DNA from: Tubiluchus corallicola
Lineage: Eukaryota; Animalia; Priapulida
DNA: 64,000 nt
Assembly: GCA_030141605.1 (NCBI GenBank)
Contig: JAQGDQ010002367.1
Location: 682,001 to 746,000 of the forward strand
Direction of reading: 5' to 3'
Shown here: positions 47,671 to 61,579 of the stretch, piece by piece
Position numbering within the stretch: position 1 is the stretch's first letter
How the letters are laid out: each line of letters begins with the position of its first letter
Program-made: the position numbers and the translations under genes
Notes under the pieces: model-generated
What the model was told of the DNA's origin: nothing
Database searches by the model: none
The model's input: only the letters and a program-made list of their open reading frames with translations

Positions 47671-50511
47671 CTTTCTCTCCGTCCATCTGTCCGCCTGTTG
47701 GAACAAGCTTATGAAGAAACGAACGGCAATTTGTAAAAGGTTTAGTAATATGAGATGAAATATAATGCTGTATTTGATTTTTTTATCCCTTAAGAATAAT
47801 ATATCAGCTATATTCCTTACAAAGTATTAATAATTTACGCATTTTATTGGAAAAAGAAAAACAATTGCAAGAGTGAATGAGTTAGTGAGTGAGTGAGTGA
47901 AAAAACTAAAGCAACACTAGTGCAGAATATGTTAGAGATTTTGATGCTTTTCTAGAATCATTGTTCCTTGTTATTTGTGCTACACACGGATGTAACAAAC
48001 CACTTTCAAAAAACATACAGATGATACTGCAAAAACAAAGCGTTGTATCTATTACCGCTTGCTCAAAAAATTGGAGCAAATAACGAAACACAAAACGACG
48101 AAGAGAAACTTTAAGAATTTTAAGTTCACCAAAGTTCGTCACAGAAAACAAATGTTTTAATCGCGGAACAAAACAAAACAAATTTAGACCTGTTTTCTTT
48201 GAATATAAGACCAATAAAACCTCAAATTAAAAATTTAATTCGCGTGTGCTCTATCTTTAGAATAACGTAATTAAAATAAACTAAACACAATTTAAAACAA
48301 AACAAGAATAGAAATGTTTTTTTCAGTTTATTAATGTTAAGGTAAAAATAACAACGCAACGGTTCAACGTATTTACACTAAGATCATATTTACATCGGTA
48401 TAGAAGGTTTTACAAATTGTACGTCGAGGCGAAAAGTTTTATTTCAAAAATATGCACATCGTACAAAGATTTTTTGTAGGTCTCCAATTATTAATGTACT
48501 GTACATTGCACTTGCGCGATAATAGTATAGCTATAGGCGTATGGAGCGAACCTTATACCTTTATCATGACATTAAGATCACTTAAAAATCACAATGCACA
48601 TCTTACTTTCTCATTTTTGCTAATAAGTTTTTGTTAATATTTCAAAGTACAATTGTAGTCAAATTGACTAGGTGTTCGTTATTACACAAGAAATTTTTAC
48701 GTCATTCAATCCAACAATGCAATTAAACTCTCTGTATACAATTTAGAAGCATAATTTTCTAAATGTAACTACTAATTTACATAAAATATTTCTGCTGCGT
48801 ATTTTACATAATACATAGTTACTATAAATATTCCTCATATTTAATTACTTAATTGATTAATTCATTATTTAATTAAAAAATACATCTTTTATCTACAGTA
48901 TACAATAGTATATCTACAACAATACATTTCAATAGAAAAAACTAAAAATTAATTTCTAATTACGGGTGATTATTGTAACAATTTAGGTCACAGGCAATAA
49001 ATATCACAAATCATAGCTATAAAAACATTAACAAAATTTTAACAATTTGGGCGTGAAGCAACAAGTTTGTATACAAACTGTATTAGAAAAGCAAGGAAAT
49101 ATTCATGGTGTATGGAGAAAAACTACGTTAACTATATTTGCTGAGATATGGCATCGTTCACACTTTTCATCAAGTTTTTTTACTGCGAAAATGTGAACGC
49201 GACATTTGTTAAGTTGTGAAGGACGTCTAAATCTACCAGGATATATTACAATTTTTATCACTCAGCTTTTATTACTCATGTAAAAGTAGCATTAAGTCGA
49301 TTGAAGCTATATACAAATGTGTTCGTATTTACATTTTCGTAGGCCTACTTTCCTATTTACAATATGGTTTTTAAAACTATTACCACTAGTACTTCTGATA
49401 GTACTGTTTTCGGTACTAGAGATTTACCTAACCATAATTTAAGCTAATAAATAAAATATAATTTAGTACAGTATTATATCAATAAATAAGGAATGGGGAA
49501 ATAAAGGGCAATTTTGTAATTTAAGCTTGCGAAACTATTATTGTGAAAAATTTGTTAGTTGTACGCATCGAGGCCTACCTCGAATTATTTCAATAATTTT
49601 TCAAAAATTATTATGTAAATACATTAGCACATTAACAACATTCAGCTAAGAGTTCGAGTTGTAGGTGTCAAGGGCCAACGTAATAAATTGTGAAGTTGTA
49701 TTTCACGATTACGTAGCTAGAAAACAGCTTACAGACTACCCGATATAAATTAGAATTAAAAAAACGCAAACCAAACATCAAGTGTCGTGATGTTAATTAC
49801 TACGCTTAGGAAAGCAGTAATAAACATATAATTCATATCTTTCAACTCATGGCGTGCAAAAGATCCATGTTCGAGACCCAAGGGTACAGTTTTTTGGCTT
49901 CCTAATTGTGTTTACTTACTGCTTACTGTAAGTACTGTAGTGTGTGTGGGGGGCGTACGTGCGTGCGTGCGTGCGTGCGTGTATGTGTGTGTATGACAAT
50001 ACACATATTAAACGTTAAACATATAGTTAAAATTACCAGGTCTCAAGGAATAAGATGAATGATCCATAATTTTATTTGCGCTATTTTGTATAGAAACATT
50101 TCTAAGGCAGTGTTGGACATGGCGCGACAAGGACTTGATCATCGCACGGAAAATTTCAAATAATCGAAAACAAAAGACAAAATATTTAGTGAATTTAAAA
50201 ATGTCCATCTCACTTGTCCTTATCCACTTGGCCATTCGACAAAAAATTGTGCAAAATGCAGAATTATTGTTCATATTTAAAACAAAAAGAATTTAATTTA
50301 GACTAGAAATGTGTTAAATAAAAGTTCATGAAACAGGCTGCATTCTAACTGCTCTAGCTGCTGTGTTAATTGCATTCTTGCGCTAGAAGAAAAGACGAGT
50401 TACTGTTTGAAAGAATTCCTGAGTAGTTACTCACTATTTAACAAAAATGAACACAATCCAGCAATAAAAATGAGAAATTTAAGAAATTTAGGACGTGAGA
50501 AAAACAAACTG

Positions 50512-51428
50512 CTAGGAGCATGCGCAGTCTTCGACTATCATATCTGACTGTTCTGCGCTGCTAATTGTTTTTTGGTTGTCCCAGTGAAAAAGAGTTAAAG
50601 GTTTATATTTGATGGCTGTGCAACAAGGACGGGGCACTTTCTTGGGATCTTTTTCGTGCATAATCAGTTGTATCATAGCGTGTAAGCCAGCAGGTTTATG
50701 CAATTCACCTGACCGTTTCTTTTTGCATTTACCCTTGCAGACATGAAGATTGATCTCCGATGGAGCAACAATCCAATGGAATCCAATCTTTTCAAAATTC
50801 ACCACCATATCCTGCCGACAGCAGCGCTTGCTCAATTTCGTCTTTCCTTTTTTATTCAAATATTTACAGTTTTTCGACGTTCTCTCGATTTTTTTCGACT
50901 TTTTTTTCCGTTTCAACTTCTTGGCTGCACGTTTCACACGCGCAACACTAGGCGGCGTTACCTCTTCTGTAACGACATTCAGCGAGGGTCGAAACTCCTC
51001 GGACAAAAGTGCATTTAACAGTTTATTATGAGTTTTCTGATATCCATTTATAATATATAGGTGACTGCAAAGCAGTTCATCTTCACAAGTCAATTCTAGA
51101 CCATGATTGGTGCTGTTGTTTGCAACCCACTGTTCAACAGCACGTTTAACATTAAACGATTCCCAGCCATTGTTTAGTAAGCTCACTGATATACTGTCTA
51201 GTTTAATCCTTGCTGGGTCTTCACCCGTAACGGACATTTGACTTATTTGATACAAGTTTAAGGTCAGTTTTCGAAAAAGCTGTTTCTTGTGTTTCTTTAC
51301 GCCTCTGATAGCTGCTTTGTAGACGTTCAGTCTAGCACTGATGATGTTCTCATAATCAGCCAAATTCACATTAAAAAAAAACCTCGTCTCCTCCCACACT
51401 TCCTTCTCAACACCGTTTGGTCGTAAAC
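50512..51428 (-). CDS. TGF-beta ligand exon 2 (prodomain C-half and mature peptide)
   Basis: ORF 50512-51399 extended to the acceptor at 51429-51430. Confidence 0.93.
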
Positions 51429-54400
51429 CTGAAAGAAAAGAGAAAATCTAAGTTTAGTCATGCCGTAAAAAGCTGCAAGCAGTTGTTTCAGCAGCAGCGC
51501 AATTGCTGACAAAATTAATAGTCAAATTTTACGATCTTTTACTCAACGACCATGTTGATCTTTTCTTACTTGAGCCATAAAGTCATCTACAACTTTAGAG
51601 TCGATTCTATAAATGCGCTCAGATATTTGAAGAATGCAGTTGAAACGATTTACACTCGATTGTATTCAACATGTTCAAGGAGTCTATCGTATTTTATTAA
51701 TATCAGTATCATATACTCTGTGTTCCAATAACACCCGAAGGCGCAGTATCGTGCGCTTAATGTAACAGCGATTAAATCTCTTTTAGGTTAGATGGCACAA
51801 TGTTATTTTTAAGGTAAATTTCAGTCACGTCACACAGCAACGACCAAAAAAGTCTTACAAAAACTCTTTAGGTAAGTCAGGGTGAGCTTTTATAAATTAT
51901 AAAGCAAAGATTTGATGATTTCAAAGTCAACACTTCCAAATAAAATAAACCACACAAAGTAGCAAATAAAATAAAATTAACTCGCTACAAAACTACAAGC
52001 AACGAATAAAACCAATGAGCGTCTTTTCCTTAACCATTACTTGTGGAAACTGTAATATAGCCAATAAGCTTCCTTGTTCCTTAATACAAAAACATCCGAA
52101 AATGTAGTACAACCAAAGAGCTTCTTTATTGCTTAACCCTTACATCAAAAAATGTAGCGCAGCCAATGAGCTTTCTTGTTCCTTGACAGTTACATATGAT
52201 ACCACAGTGCAACCAATAAGCTTCTTTGTTACATAAAGTATTGTGAACCAGCCCAACACGTGTGACAGTAAATTTAGGTAAAGACAGAAAGTGCGACATT
52301 GGCTCAGCAGCTCACTTAGTGCCTAAATAGGATTATTCAATATTCATATAGCAATTCTTGTGTTGGCGACAAGCCTTTTAAGGACAAATTAAAGACTACT
52401 CAAATACCACGCTTTGGCCTTGTGCACAGGCTACTTGAACAGGTCTCTTATTTTTTACTTATTACACAAAACCGAAATAGATCATCTATAGCTAAAGAAT
52501 ATCCCTTTAGTAGCTTAATTATAACAAGCAGCTAACCAAGCACGATAAAAATAGCAATTCTCAGCATAGTTATTTAACTGCCTCTCATACTTGAGCAGAA
52601 ATAAAACACAAAAATACCGTCATAAACTGTATTTCTGTATTCATAACTTCTAAAAATACATTTTCAAGAATGTCCTGCAGAACTGATTCACAATAAAACG
52701 TGTTTCGTTCTCACAGCTACATGCGCTTTGGTTATAATGATTACACCATTTAAGTACATTGCCGTCGTCGTCGTCGTCGTCTTCATCCCATCGTCATCGT
52801 CGTCGTCGTCATCATCATCATCGTTATCATCACGCTTTGAGATTACCGTACTTCTATTTCTTCATCATATTTTCGAGAAAATTGCAAGATAATTCAAAAT
52901 TAAATTAATTGGCAGTGAAATTAGAGTTCATGCATTGGTTGTTTAAAATCTCGATGTTTAGAATAGGTAAAATTTAGATATAATGGAAAACAAATGATTA
53001 AGCTGGGTGCTAGACTTTAACAGTCTAAGTTGTAGTATTAATAATTTAAGTTACAGTATTAAATGTTGAAGATACAGTATTAAAGTGCATGCAGTTCCTT
53101 TAGCACCCATCTTCAGAAGCATAAAGTTACTTGCGTAATTTACTTCCTACACTAATACCTTGACACACCCTGTAGGATCCAGTCTAATGACAACCGGACT
53201 CACCCACAACCCTGACGCCCCTAGGCACATTCAGTCCAACGGCATATTTTGCAATCATTTTTACATAATTACACTCATGTGTATAGTCAGTATTGCGATA
53301 CGGATGGTAATAAATACTTGTTATGTGTACAATAATAATTCAATAAACACGAATAGCGACAGGTACATCTGAACAGGTACATGCCAGGTATGTTGTAATG
53401 CCTGTTACCCGTTTTGTGCGGGTGTGTCTGCGTGCGAAGCGTCATTCAAGCAATCAGCCATGGATTTATGCATTATCAGCACAATAAGCGTATTCTTAAA
53501 TAACTTGATTGCATGTAGGTTGTATTCATCCACATTCTCTAAAGTTTCCTAATAGTCATCCACTTAAAGTTACATTAACTAGATAAATCTAAAATACCTC
53601 CAATGAGATACAATAGGTTTAACAGTCAGTTACGTGCATTGCATAATAGAGTGCTATTCAACGCTGATGTGTTTTATTTTGTAATGAGTCTAATCTCAGG
53701 CATCTTTCATTATTCCCGCTTTAACTATTTAGTTTAGCACAAAAATAATTAAGTAATATACTTTTAAAGAACGGCCGCACAAGCTGTCAAGTTATCAGCC
53801 TCGGCGTGGTTAACTTCGGCGGTTAAACACACGCCCTGACTGAATTGTGTTCTATTTAATATTTTAACTATTATTAACATGCCATGTGCCATTATGGAAA
53901 AAGAAAATTTTATTCTCTTCTATTGATTGTCAAAAATACAAAATTTATGCTTTAAATGACCTTGGACGGGCTCTAAAATTTAAATGTCATCTATAACAAC
54001 ATGCTATTTGTAGGTGTGCGCACTGAGAAATCAGCTGACACGGTGTAAATAGGTAACCACGTTAATCGATTGATTAATCCTAGCTGTTAACCGCAAGCGA
54101 AGGTTAGCTATGTGTCAAGATGACATTAACCGTCTCAGCGATGGCCGCCTCCGTCACATCGCTACCGATCAACACGTCTAAATATTAGGAAAACATTGGA
54201 CACTGCCCAGGTAACCACAATGTTATGATGATAACAAATAACCAAAACACTGCGGGTTCCATTTGACACCAGGCCCCTTCGAACTTACTGCTGAGCATGT
54301 TGTGAGCCAACAGCTCGTGCGGTATGTAATTTGTCATTTATTAATGTTAAAAGGGGCTCAGAATAATGTACTTATAAGGCTATTCAACTATTGGGGATAT

Positions 54401-57400
54401 AAAATCCTTATCTGTGGATCAATAAATAAAAAATTCTAATAGTATAAGTGAAAAATTCATTGGTGTCTTAATATTCTTAGTTCCTAACTTTGATAATATT
54501 ACAAGGACTTTAAGAGGTTCGTTTATACTGTGTAGGCGTAATTACCCAATGAAACAATTGGCAAACAGTATGTTTACTCGGCTTATTGCGAAACACGTAT
54601 ATAAGTACGGTTCTCTTGGACCACTCTGTTTTGCGTAGCTAAGAACGTTATCGTCGCTATCTTAACTAAGAACGTTATCTTAACTAAGAAAGCATCTTAT
54701 CTTTCCTTTATCTCCTTAACTACAAAATTTTGCAATTTCTGTTGTGTTGGTGCATATTTCAGTGAAATCTTTATTAAACTTTTATTGTGTATCTTTGTAT
54801 TGTGTTTGAGTGTATATATATATATATATATATATATATGTAATACCTTAGCTAAAAAGTAATTATTCTAATTTCGGTTATCTGTACAGTTTTTATTTTT
54901 TTTCCTTGTAATATCGTGTAGTTTTATAACGTACAAAGTAAATTAAATAAATACTAGCAATAATAATAATTAAATAAATAGCTAAGTTCTCGCTTACTAC
55001 GAATTCGTTTATAAATTACTAATTATGCAAGACTACATTAGTATCCCAAGACTACGTGTAATATCCCGCAATAAACATATTTATTTATTTCAGCTGAAAA
55101 GCTCTTTTCAATAAAGCGATATTTTTATCGTGGGATATTTCATATTAGGCACAATGTTATTATTGTTTTCGGTATTAAGGACTATTGATTTTATGATTAT
55201 ACAAGATCTAAAAATATATAAGGCTATAAAATAAATATGTTCGTAACTGTGGTTAAATTAAAACAATTACGCGCGTCAATCCCAATTGATGAATTAACTT
55301 GAAAAAAATGGTTTAAGTCAGGTAAATACCATTCAAGTTCATAGGCGGAGGAAAACCTGCCTTGAAGAAAAAGTAATAATTTATGTTGGCTAATTTGTAC
55401 TAAGCATTTGTTAAGTAAGTACGATTTTCTATTGAAAATGGCATAACCGTACAAAGTAGTACAAAACTAGTTTTAACTCCGGTGATATTGGACTACCAAC
55501 GGACTGTAAAAATTATTAAATAACCTTCTTTTGACGTATTATTAGCATTGAATAAGTTTTTTGTTTTCCATTTCTTCGTCCTTTAAACAAAATTGTGCTG
55601 AACAAACCTTTTTTGGCAAAACAAATCATTTAAGTTTGAAAGTCAGTTTATAGCAGTGTAAATGTATATATTTTTTGTTTTCCAATTTTAGTCTTTTAAA
55701 CAAACTTGTACAAAGTTTTTCTAGCAAAAATATTAATTTGCAACCCTGTTTCTGTCGGTGTAGTTGTAGATCTCACCGACGGAGTTCCCGGTCCAGATCG
55801 ATTCTTCATTCAAAAGCTTGTCTGTAGGAGTGTAATTGTAGCATATTGATTTACATATTGAATCATAGCACCTGTCACGTAAACTTATGATGAGGAAATC
55901 CCCGTGTTTATAACGTTGTTGTCAAAACAAACCCAAACTTATCGCATAAACCATTAATCCTACGGCTAATATTAGACTTAATATTGACCCAGTCATTTGA
56001 GGTCACTGTTTTATTACATGAAGGAGGACATTATAGACGTAATAGCCCAAAGTTTGTTGTTAAATATTTCAAATAATTCAAGCAGTATTGTTTTTTCCCA
56101 GCACCAGTTTAGTTCTGTCCGTAACGAATCCTTCATTTCAATGTTAACAATGACTTGCAAATTTTTGATTTTGTGTTTTTCTTATAGGCGTGCTTCAGGC
56201 AATTATACCTTATTAGGATCAACGAAATTGAGTCTGTGATTATGGTCGGTATCAGTTAATGAAGTCATATATTTTCCGCAGTTTTCAGACTTTAGACAAA
56301 ATGAAACCAATGCGTCCGTCCAACAAATTTCGACTTGAAGTCTATTTCACGTGAAGTGCACTGCATATCGCTGAGTGCCAACAAGCTGAAGAATGTGGGT
56401 CCACACCCAGCGATTCGTGACTTCGCTAGTTTCAAAGGCAAATCTGACGCCGTTAAATCAATATTGATATCTTAAAAAATAATAAATCGATTGATAGTGA
56501 CCGATTCAACGTAGCAACAGGTAAAGCCTAAACCGCGGTGAAGGTGGAAGAGCATACTACAAATCTGCTACGTTTTTTTACAAATCGCCCAAACAAATCG
56601 TCTTGTAAATTCATTATCTTGGTGTGTAATGTTTGAATTGTAACTATTGTAAAGCGTTCCGCCGGAGCATGCAAATGGGTGATACGCCATAGAAACGTAA
56701 TAACTCAACTTAATAAAAGCATTTAAAGGGGTATACAACAGAAAAATGAAAATGCGAGTGCAAGTCAAGATTAATAAAAAACATGTAGCGAATTTCCTAT
56801 TGCTAACAATTAAATATCCGTTAATAGGGAAACGATTAATTGGTAGAAAGTTTCAAAGAGAAGAAGTCCGGGGACCACTAGAAAAAACAGTCGTTCTGGT
56901 CTCTAGCAATTAAAATGCTAGGAGAAGCAGCAAAACGAGTCATATGAGCAAACCGAGCTGACAGCTGCCATTTCCTTTACATGTAGGTGCAAATCGTGTC
57001 TATGCTCCAAACATCTGTTCATGAACCGGACTATAAGATGTACGAATCAATTAAAGATGCATAAAATGTGGGGGTATTTTTGAAAAAGAAATTTGCTACA
57101 TGCAACAAATCGAAAAAGCAGCAACAGCAACATCGTTATCGTCGTCGTCGTCATCATCATCATCAGCAGCATCATCATAATCATCATTACTATTTCAGAA
57201 TACACATGCCATAACAGATCTCTGAAATACATGGTTTTCTATATCAGCTACTAAGCCTACGCACGCAGTCAAACCACGTGTCCTGATAATCAAACATTTT
57301 CCAACATTCCGCACCTGAGGTTAAAACGCTAAAGATACATGAAATCTCTCGTAACGCATGTTTAACCAAGGCGTTCTCTCTGTTTCTCCACGATCCTCTG

Positions 57401-59306
57401 CACTGCCGAGTACACAAAAGCGTGGGCCTGTATAAAACTATATAAAAACGATTAAAAATCGCATAGAGTTCGTTCCATTCTGTGTGAATCACGAGAGGTC
57501 AGTAGATATTCTACACGAGAGACAAAATAGGATACAATCAGACGTGTATCTCCAGTTTACTGCTACATCAATCAATGCACAGACATAATCGTAATCACCT
57601 CGTTCTATAAAACACTTATGGAATGTTTGCTCAATGTCAGATAGCCCTTTACCTTTTCACACTTTAATCTGTAATTTACAGGTTAATAGTGATCACAAAA
57701 CACTGAAGAACTACGTGGGCTTCTGTATACCCATTCCCATGGTCCCGTAATCTAACACGACTGTGGTTGTACTGTTTTATGTTTTGACGGAGCTCTATGG
57801 CTAAAGCCTTAAGACCGCAATGACGTATGAACTGAGGACAGCTTGCATCTTCAAGAGAGCGTTTCCTCAAGACAACAATTCGATCTTTCAAGCTAACACC
57901 CTGTTCCTCTGAAACACTATCTCGATTCCTTAAGACATTGCCTAGGTGTCGCAAGATTTCCTCAAGATATGGATTACTGCCTTGTTTTGTTAAGATTTTG
58001 TTTAGTTCTCTCATATTAATATTTAGTACCCTCAAGTACCCTCAGCAAAGGTTCTTAAACTGAAGGGACAATGATCAATGAAATTTCGAAATAAACTTCT
58101 TGATATAAACTATTTAGAGGAAACGAGATAGCTTTAAATGCAAAGAAGAAGAAGAAGAAGAAGAAGAAAACGAAGAAGAAGAGGGCGGCAGCAAAGGAAG
58201 ACGAGCCGCTAGCCGTCGCTCGGCCGTTTTTCTACTTCCAGGATATGACCAGGTACTCACTCAAGGCTAATCATTATCTAAGAAAGCAGCTTAGATTTAA
58301 GAAGGCAGCGAAAGAGACCTGCTAGAGTGTTGTATATCTCGCAATCCCTAACTTGTGTGGGTATTGAACCCAGAACCTCTGCACGGCAGCGGAACGCTGT
58401 ACCGCATCGCCTCACTTGAAAGTAAAGGGACAAATTGATTCTGAAGTCTAGAAGAACAAGATACAGCACTATCCCAAAATTTAGAGATGAAAAACTTACT
58501 CTTTATTTTTAAAACATACATTTTTTTAAATTACGCCAGTACCAAGCGTTGAATCACGGAAATAAACTTTAAAATAGGAAAAGAGGCATGCCCATTGTTC
58601 TACAGTTTCAAAAATAACTAATTTCTTTATAATAAATGCTGATTGCTTATACATACGATAAAAACTGACGTTTGACAGTCCAAAGCGACATGTCGGCAAA
58701 TTGCATTTACTGCACGTCTACGTAAGTTCTTAACCACGCATAGCCTAATTCGAAACCCTAACCAGTTTTTATAAATTTATGCACTTGTACCTTTTAGTTA
58801 TCGTATTTGTATAACAATAGTATTAATGCTATTGTTATACACAACACACAGGTAACGAGAAACTTACAAATTGTTTTAATTAGTTCCTGAAATTATAGTC
58901 TGTGATTCAATATTTTATTCAAATATAATAATAATAAGAAGAAGAAGAAAAAGAAATTTACAAACTTACCTGTGTCTGTAAAGACGTGCAACTTCTTTTC
59001 ATATTTTCCAGACAATTCTTTTTCCGCCTGTTCCATCAATTCTCTTTCTTCATAAAGTTTTTGTTCTTCTTCTACTTTTCGCTGGTAAAATTCTCTCAGT
59101 TTTGCATACTCTTCCGGGTCCATTTCGACTGGTTCTGGTTCTTTTTCATAACCTAAATTTTTTAGAATTTGTTTTTTAATCGCATCAACTCTAACATCGT
59201 CCGCAGCCAGGTACTCTATCTCGTCTGCGAAGGCAAACGAATAAAAATGACTAATTACAAGAATCCGCAAGAAAAAACCAATTGCAAGTATCCGTAATGC
59301 GCTCAT
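50512..59306 (-). CDS. TGF-beta superfamily ligand, 9-Cys, Maverick/Panda-like (spliced, 2 exons, 417 aa)
   Basis: complement(join(50512-51428,58970-59306)) = 1254 nt with a phase-1 intron (G|GTAAGT ... ctttcAG|GT). Hydrophobic signal peptide, prodomain RVDAIKKQILKNLG and ISARLNVY..GWESFNV..AVEQW..NHGL, furin site RVKR, cystine knot C..CC..CxGxC..CC..CxC. HAMIQLI...VPRPCCT and DMIVEDCACS resemble Maverick. Confidence 0.9.
52005..52235. repeat. Five-unit ~50-bp degenerate tandem array, each unit with a CCAAT-box core
   Basis: A(A/G)CCAA(T/A)(G/A)AGC..TCTT..TTCCTT cores start at 52012, 52061, 52113, 52163 and 52213. Confidence 0.8.
58143..58412 (-). mobile_element. tRNA-derived SINE with CORE/V-like domain and (CTT)n tail, in the TGF-beta intron
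   Basis: Minus strand: GGCGATGCGGTACAGCG...GGGTTCAATACCC (B box), TGAGTACCTGG central motif, (CTT)n tail at 58143-58182. Confidence 0.6.
58970..59306 (-). CDS. TGF-beta ligand exon 1 (signal peptide and prodomain alpha1 region)
   Basis: MSALRILAIGFFLRILVISHFYSFAFA..VRVDAIKKQILKNLG..VFTDT-G|GTAAGT. Confidence 0.88.
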
Positions 59307-59429
59307 GTCTTGTCTAAAAAGGCAAAAAATCACGTATCGTTTTTTTCTTGAAACACAAGTATACAGAAATACCGCAACATGTTCTTTTTCTGGTGTTCAG
59401 AATCAGACTTTAGCTGTCCACGCTTCGGT

Positions 59430-59925
59430 TTAACCGGCTTTTAATGCTCGCACACGCATGCGTACTAACTTCCTGGCCTAAACGCTTATTATGGTACTCT
59501 GGAGGCGTACACCTTGGCAATGCCTGCTATTGGCTAAATCATTGTCAATGCTGAAAGTTTACAGAGACGTATTTAAAAAGGCGCGCGTGTGTGATAGCGT
59601 AGAATAATAAAACATCTTGTTGCAGTGGTCAGGAGTAATTCGGTGATATCGGTCTTAAATTTCCGCATGACGTCATGATTACGCAATTCCCACGATCACA
59701 TTAGCTCAAATAAAGTACTTTATTCGGCAGCGGGCACGCCTCAGTGACCAAGCGCATTTGCAGAATTCCACAAGTGCCGGTTTTATTAAAAGCAGCATTT
59801 GTTTGCGATTTACGACATGAAGTAAGCACATGTATTTATTTAAATCAACCTCAAATACTTCATCCATTCATTACTAGTGAGCTCTCTATTGGCTTCCTGG
59901 GTTTAAAAGAACATGACGTCATTGA
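59430..59925 (-). promoter_or_regulatory. Putative promoter of the TGF-beta ligand gene
   Basis: Minus-strand AGCCAATAG CCAAT boxes (~59530 and ~59890), two perfect CRE palindromes TGACGTCA (59668-59675 and 59914-59921), ETS-like CAGGAAG motifs and local CpG enrichment. Confidence 0.5.
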
Positions 59926-61376
59926 AGCACGCAGTGACGGGGCTCGTAATTAAAGTTTAAATGCATTTATGCGTCCCGTAATGTAAAGCCACGAAAGAAT
60001 GCTAACAATCACTGAACTGGATGGAGCGCGCAGCTCCAAAAAAGGGATCTGCAATTAAAAGTCCTTCCATACAAATTTGCCCAACCAGTTAGGGGTAACA
60101 AAGAAACAGACAAAATTAACAACTTCTTTCAAAATGTTCACTGCTTCTAGATGCTGAAACAACTTGAGTTAATTCAATTTATTCTTAGCGTTGTTTTTCA
60201 GGCCGTGTATAGTGTATTGATGTTTGTGCTTTGCTTGGCATGCCTTCACAGCGCTCTCTATATATAAAACCATAAATTCCTACTTGCTTGGTTAGGTATA
60301 CTTTGTAGTATGTTGTATACACAAATGTTTCTATCAATAGACCTCCTGAGCTTAATATAGCTGAGCAAAGTTTTAAAGAAGCATTTTTGAGTGAACTCGG
60401 TGTTTATAAGATGATCAATAATAACCGCGTAAAGACGTTTGGAATGCGAAGCACATGCGCACTGAAATCGATCACTACTTTTCCATCTTGGCAACTTGCC
60501 AAATTAAGACCAGCTCTTTTCATGAATGGACAACTTTCTAATCAATTTCCATATACAAACCCATTGTATTTAGTATATATATAAAAATGTTAGAAAGAGC
60601 ATTTTACGGAAATTTTAAAAGGCTTTTACGTTCACCTAAGCAATGGCATTGATCAGACCTGCAGAATTGTAAGCCTGCAGGTGTGCAGGATGAGAACCTG
60701 AAATGTCGCAGTTCTCGTTGTCAAAAAAATCAGAAATTGTGAAAACGGCTTTATAAAAAAGTATCTAGATATCTGAAAACATCTTTCTGTAATGTAAATA
60801 TAATAATAGCATTGTGCGGGAACACTACATACATTAGATGCGTAATTTCACAATTTCTCGACGACTGTTGATCTTGGCTCGAATTCGACCCTTCATGGGG
60901 GCATTCCTATACTCCCACACAGATTCAACGTGCGGGCATTATATACATTCCAACTTTAGTTAATTTTAGAACATTGTTTATTTTCTTCCGGTCTTTTATG
61001 GCCAATCTGTGGACGCGTATTGCATTCTTTACTCGCCTACTTTTCATGAATGGGGGCTCAACTACATCACTGACGTAGCATGCGTAGTTTGAGGGATTTA
61101 ACATGCCAAAAGAAACCTATAAAACAAACTTTCCCATTTTACCAGCTAACTTAAAGCACAAGTTCTCTTTTGGGCGAGGGCAATAGCCGAGTTTCACAGT
61201 TTGTGCTTCGCAGTTGCATTTAAGCAGCGTCGAAGCCTATCGGCGAATGTACGGATGACCGTGGGATTTAATATCCATTCTTGCAGTTTCATTGAGTATA
61301 CACTGATTCTGGCTACCTATTTCATCGAGGAGGTGTATTCACATTGAACATGGTCAACACACTTCTACTGCTCCGA

Positions 61377-61579
<203 letters not shown>

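Noticed and set aside
52005-52235. Repeat-spacer appearance resembling a CRISPR array
   Set aside because: Eukaryotic intron, degenerate repeats, partly homologous spacers and no cas genes.
60500-60860. Possible second Penelope thumb remnant (SIYKP.., ENGF)
   Set aside because: Too degenerate to support without an alignment.
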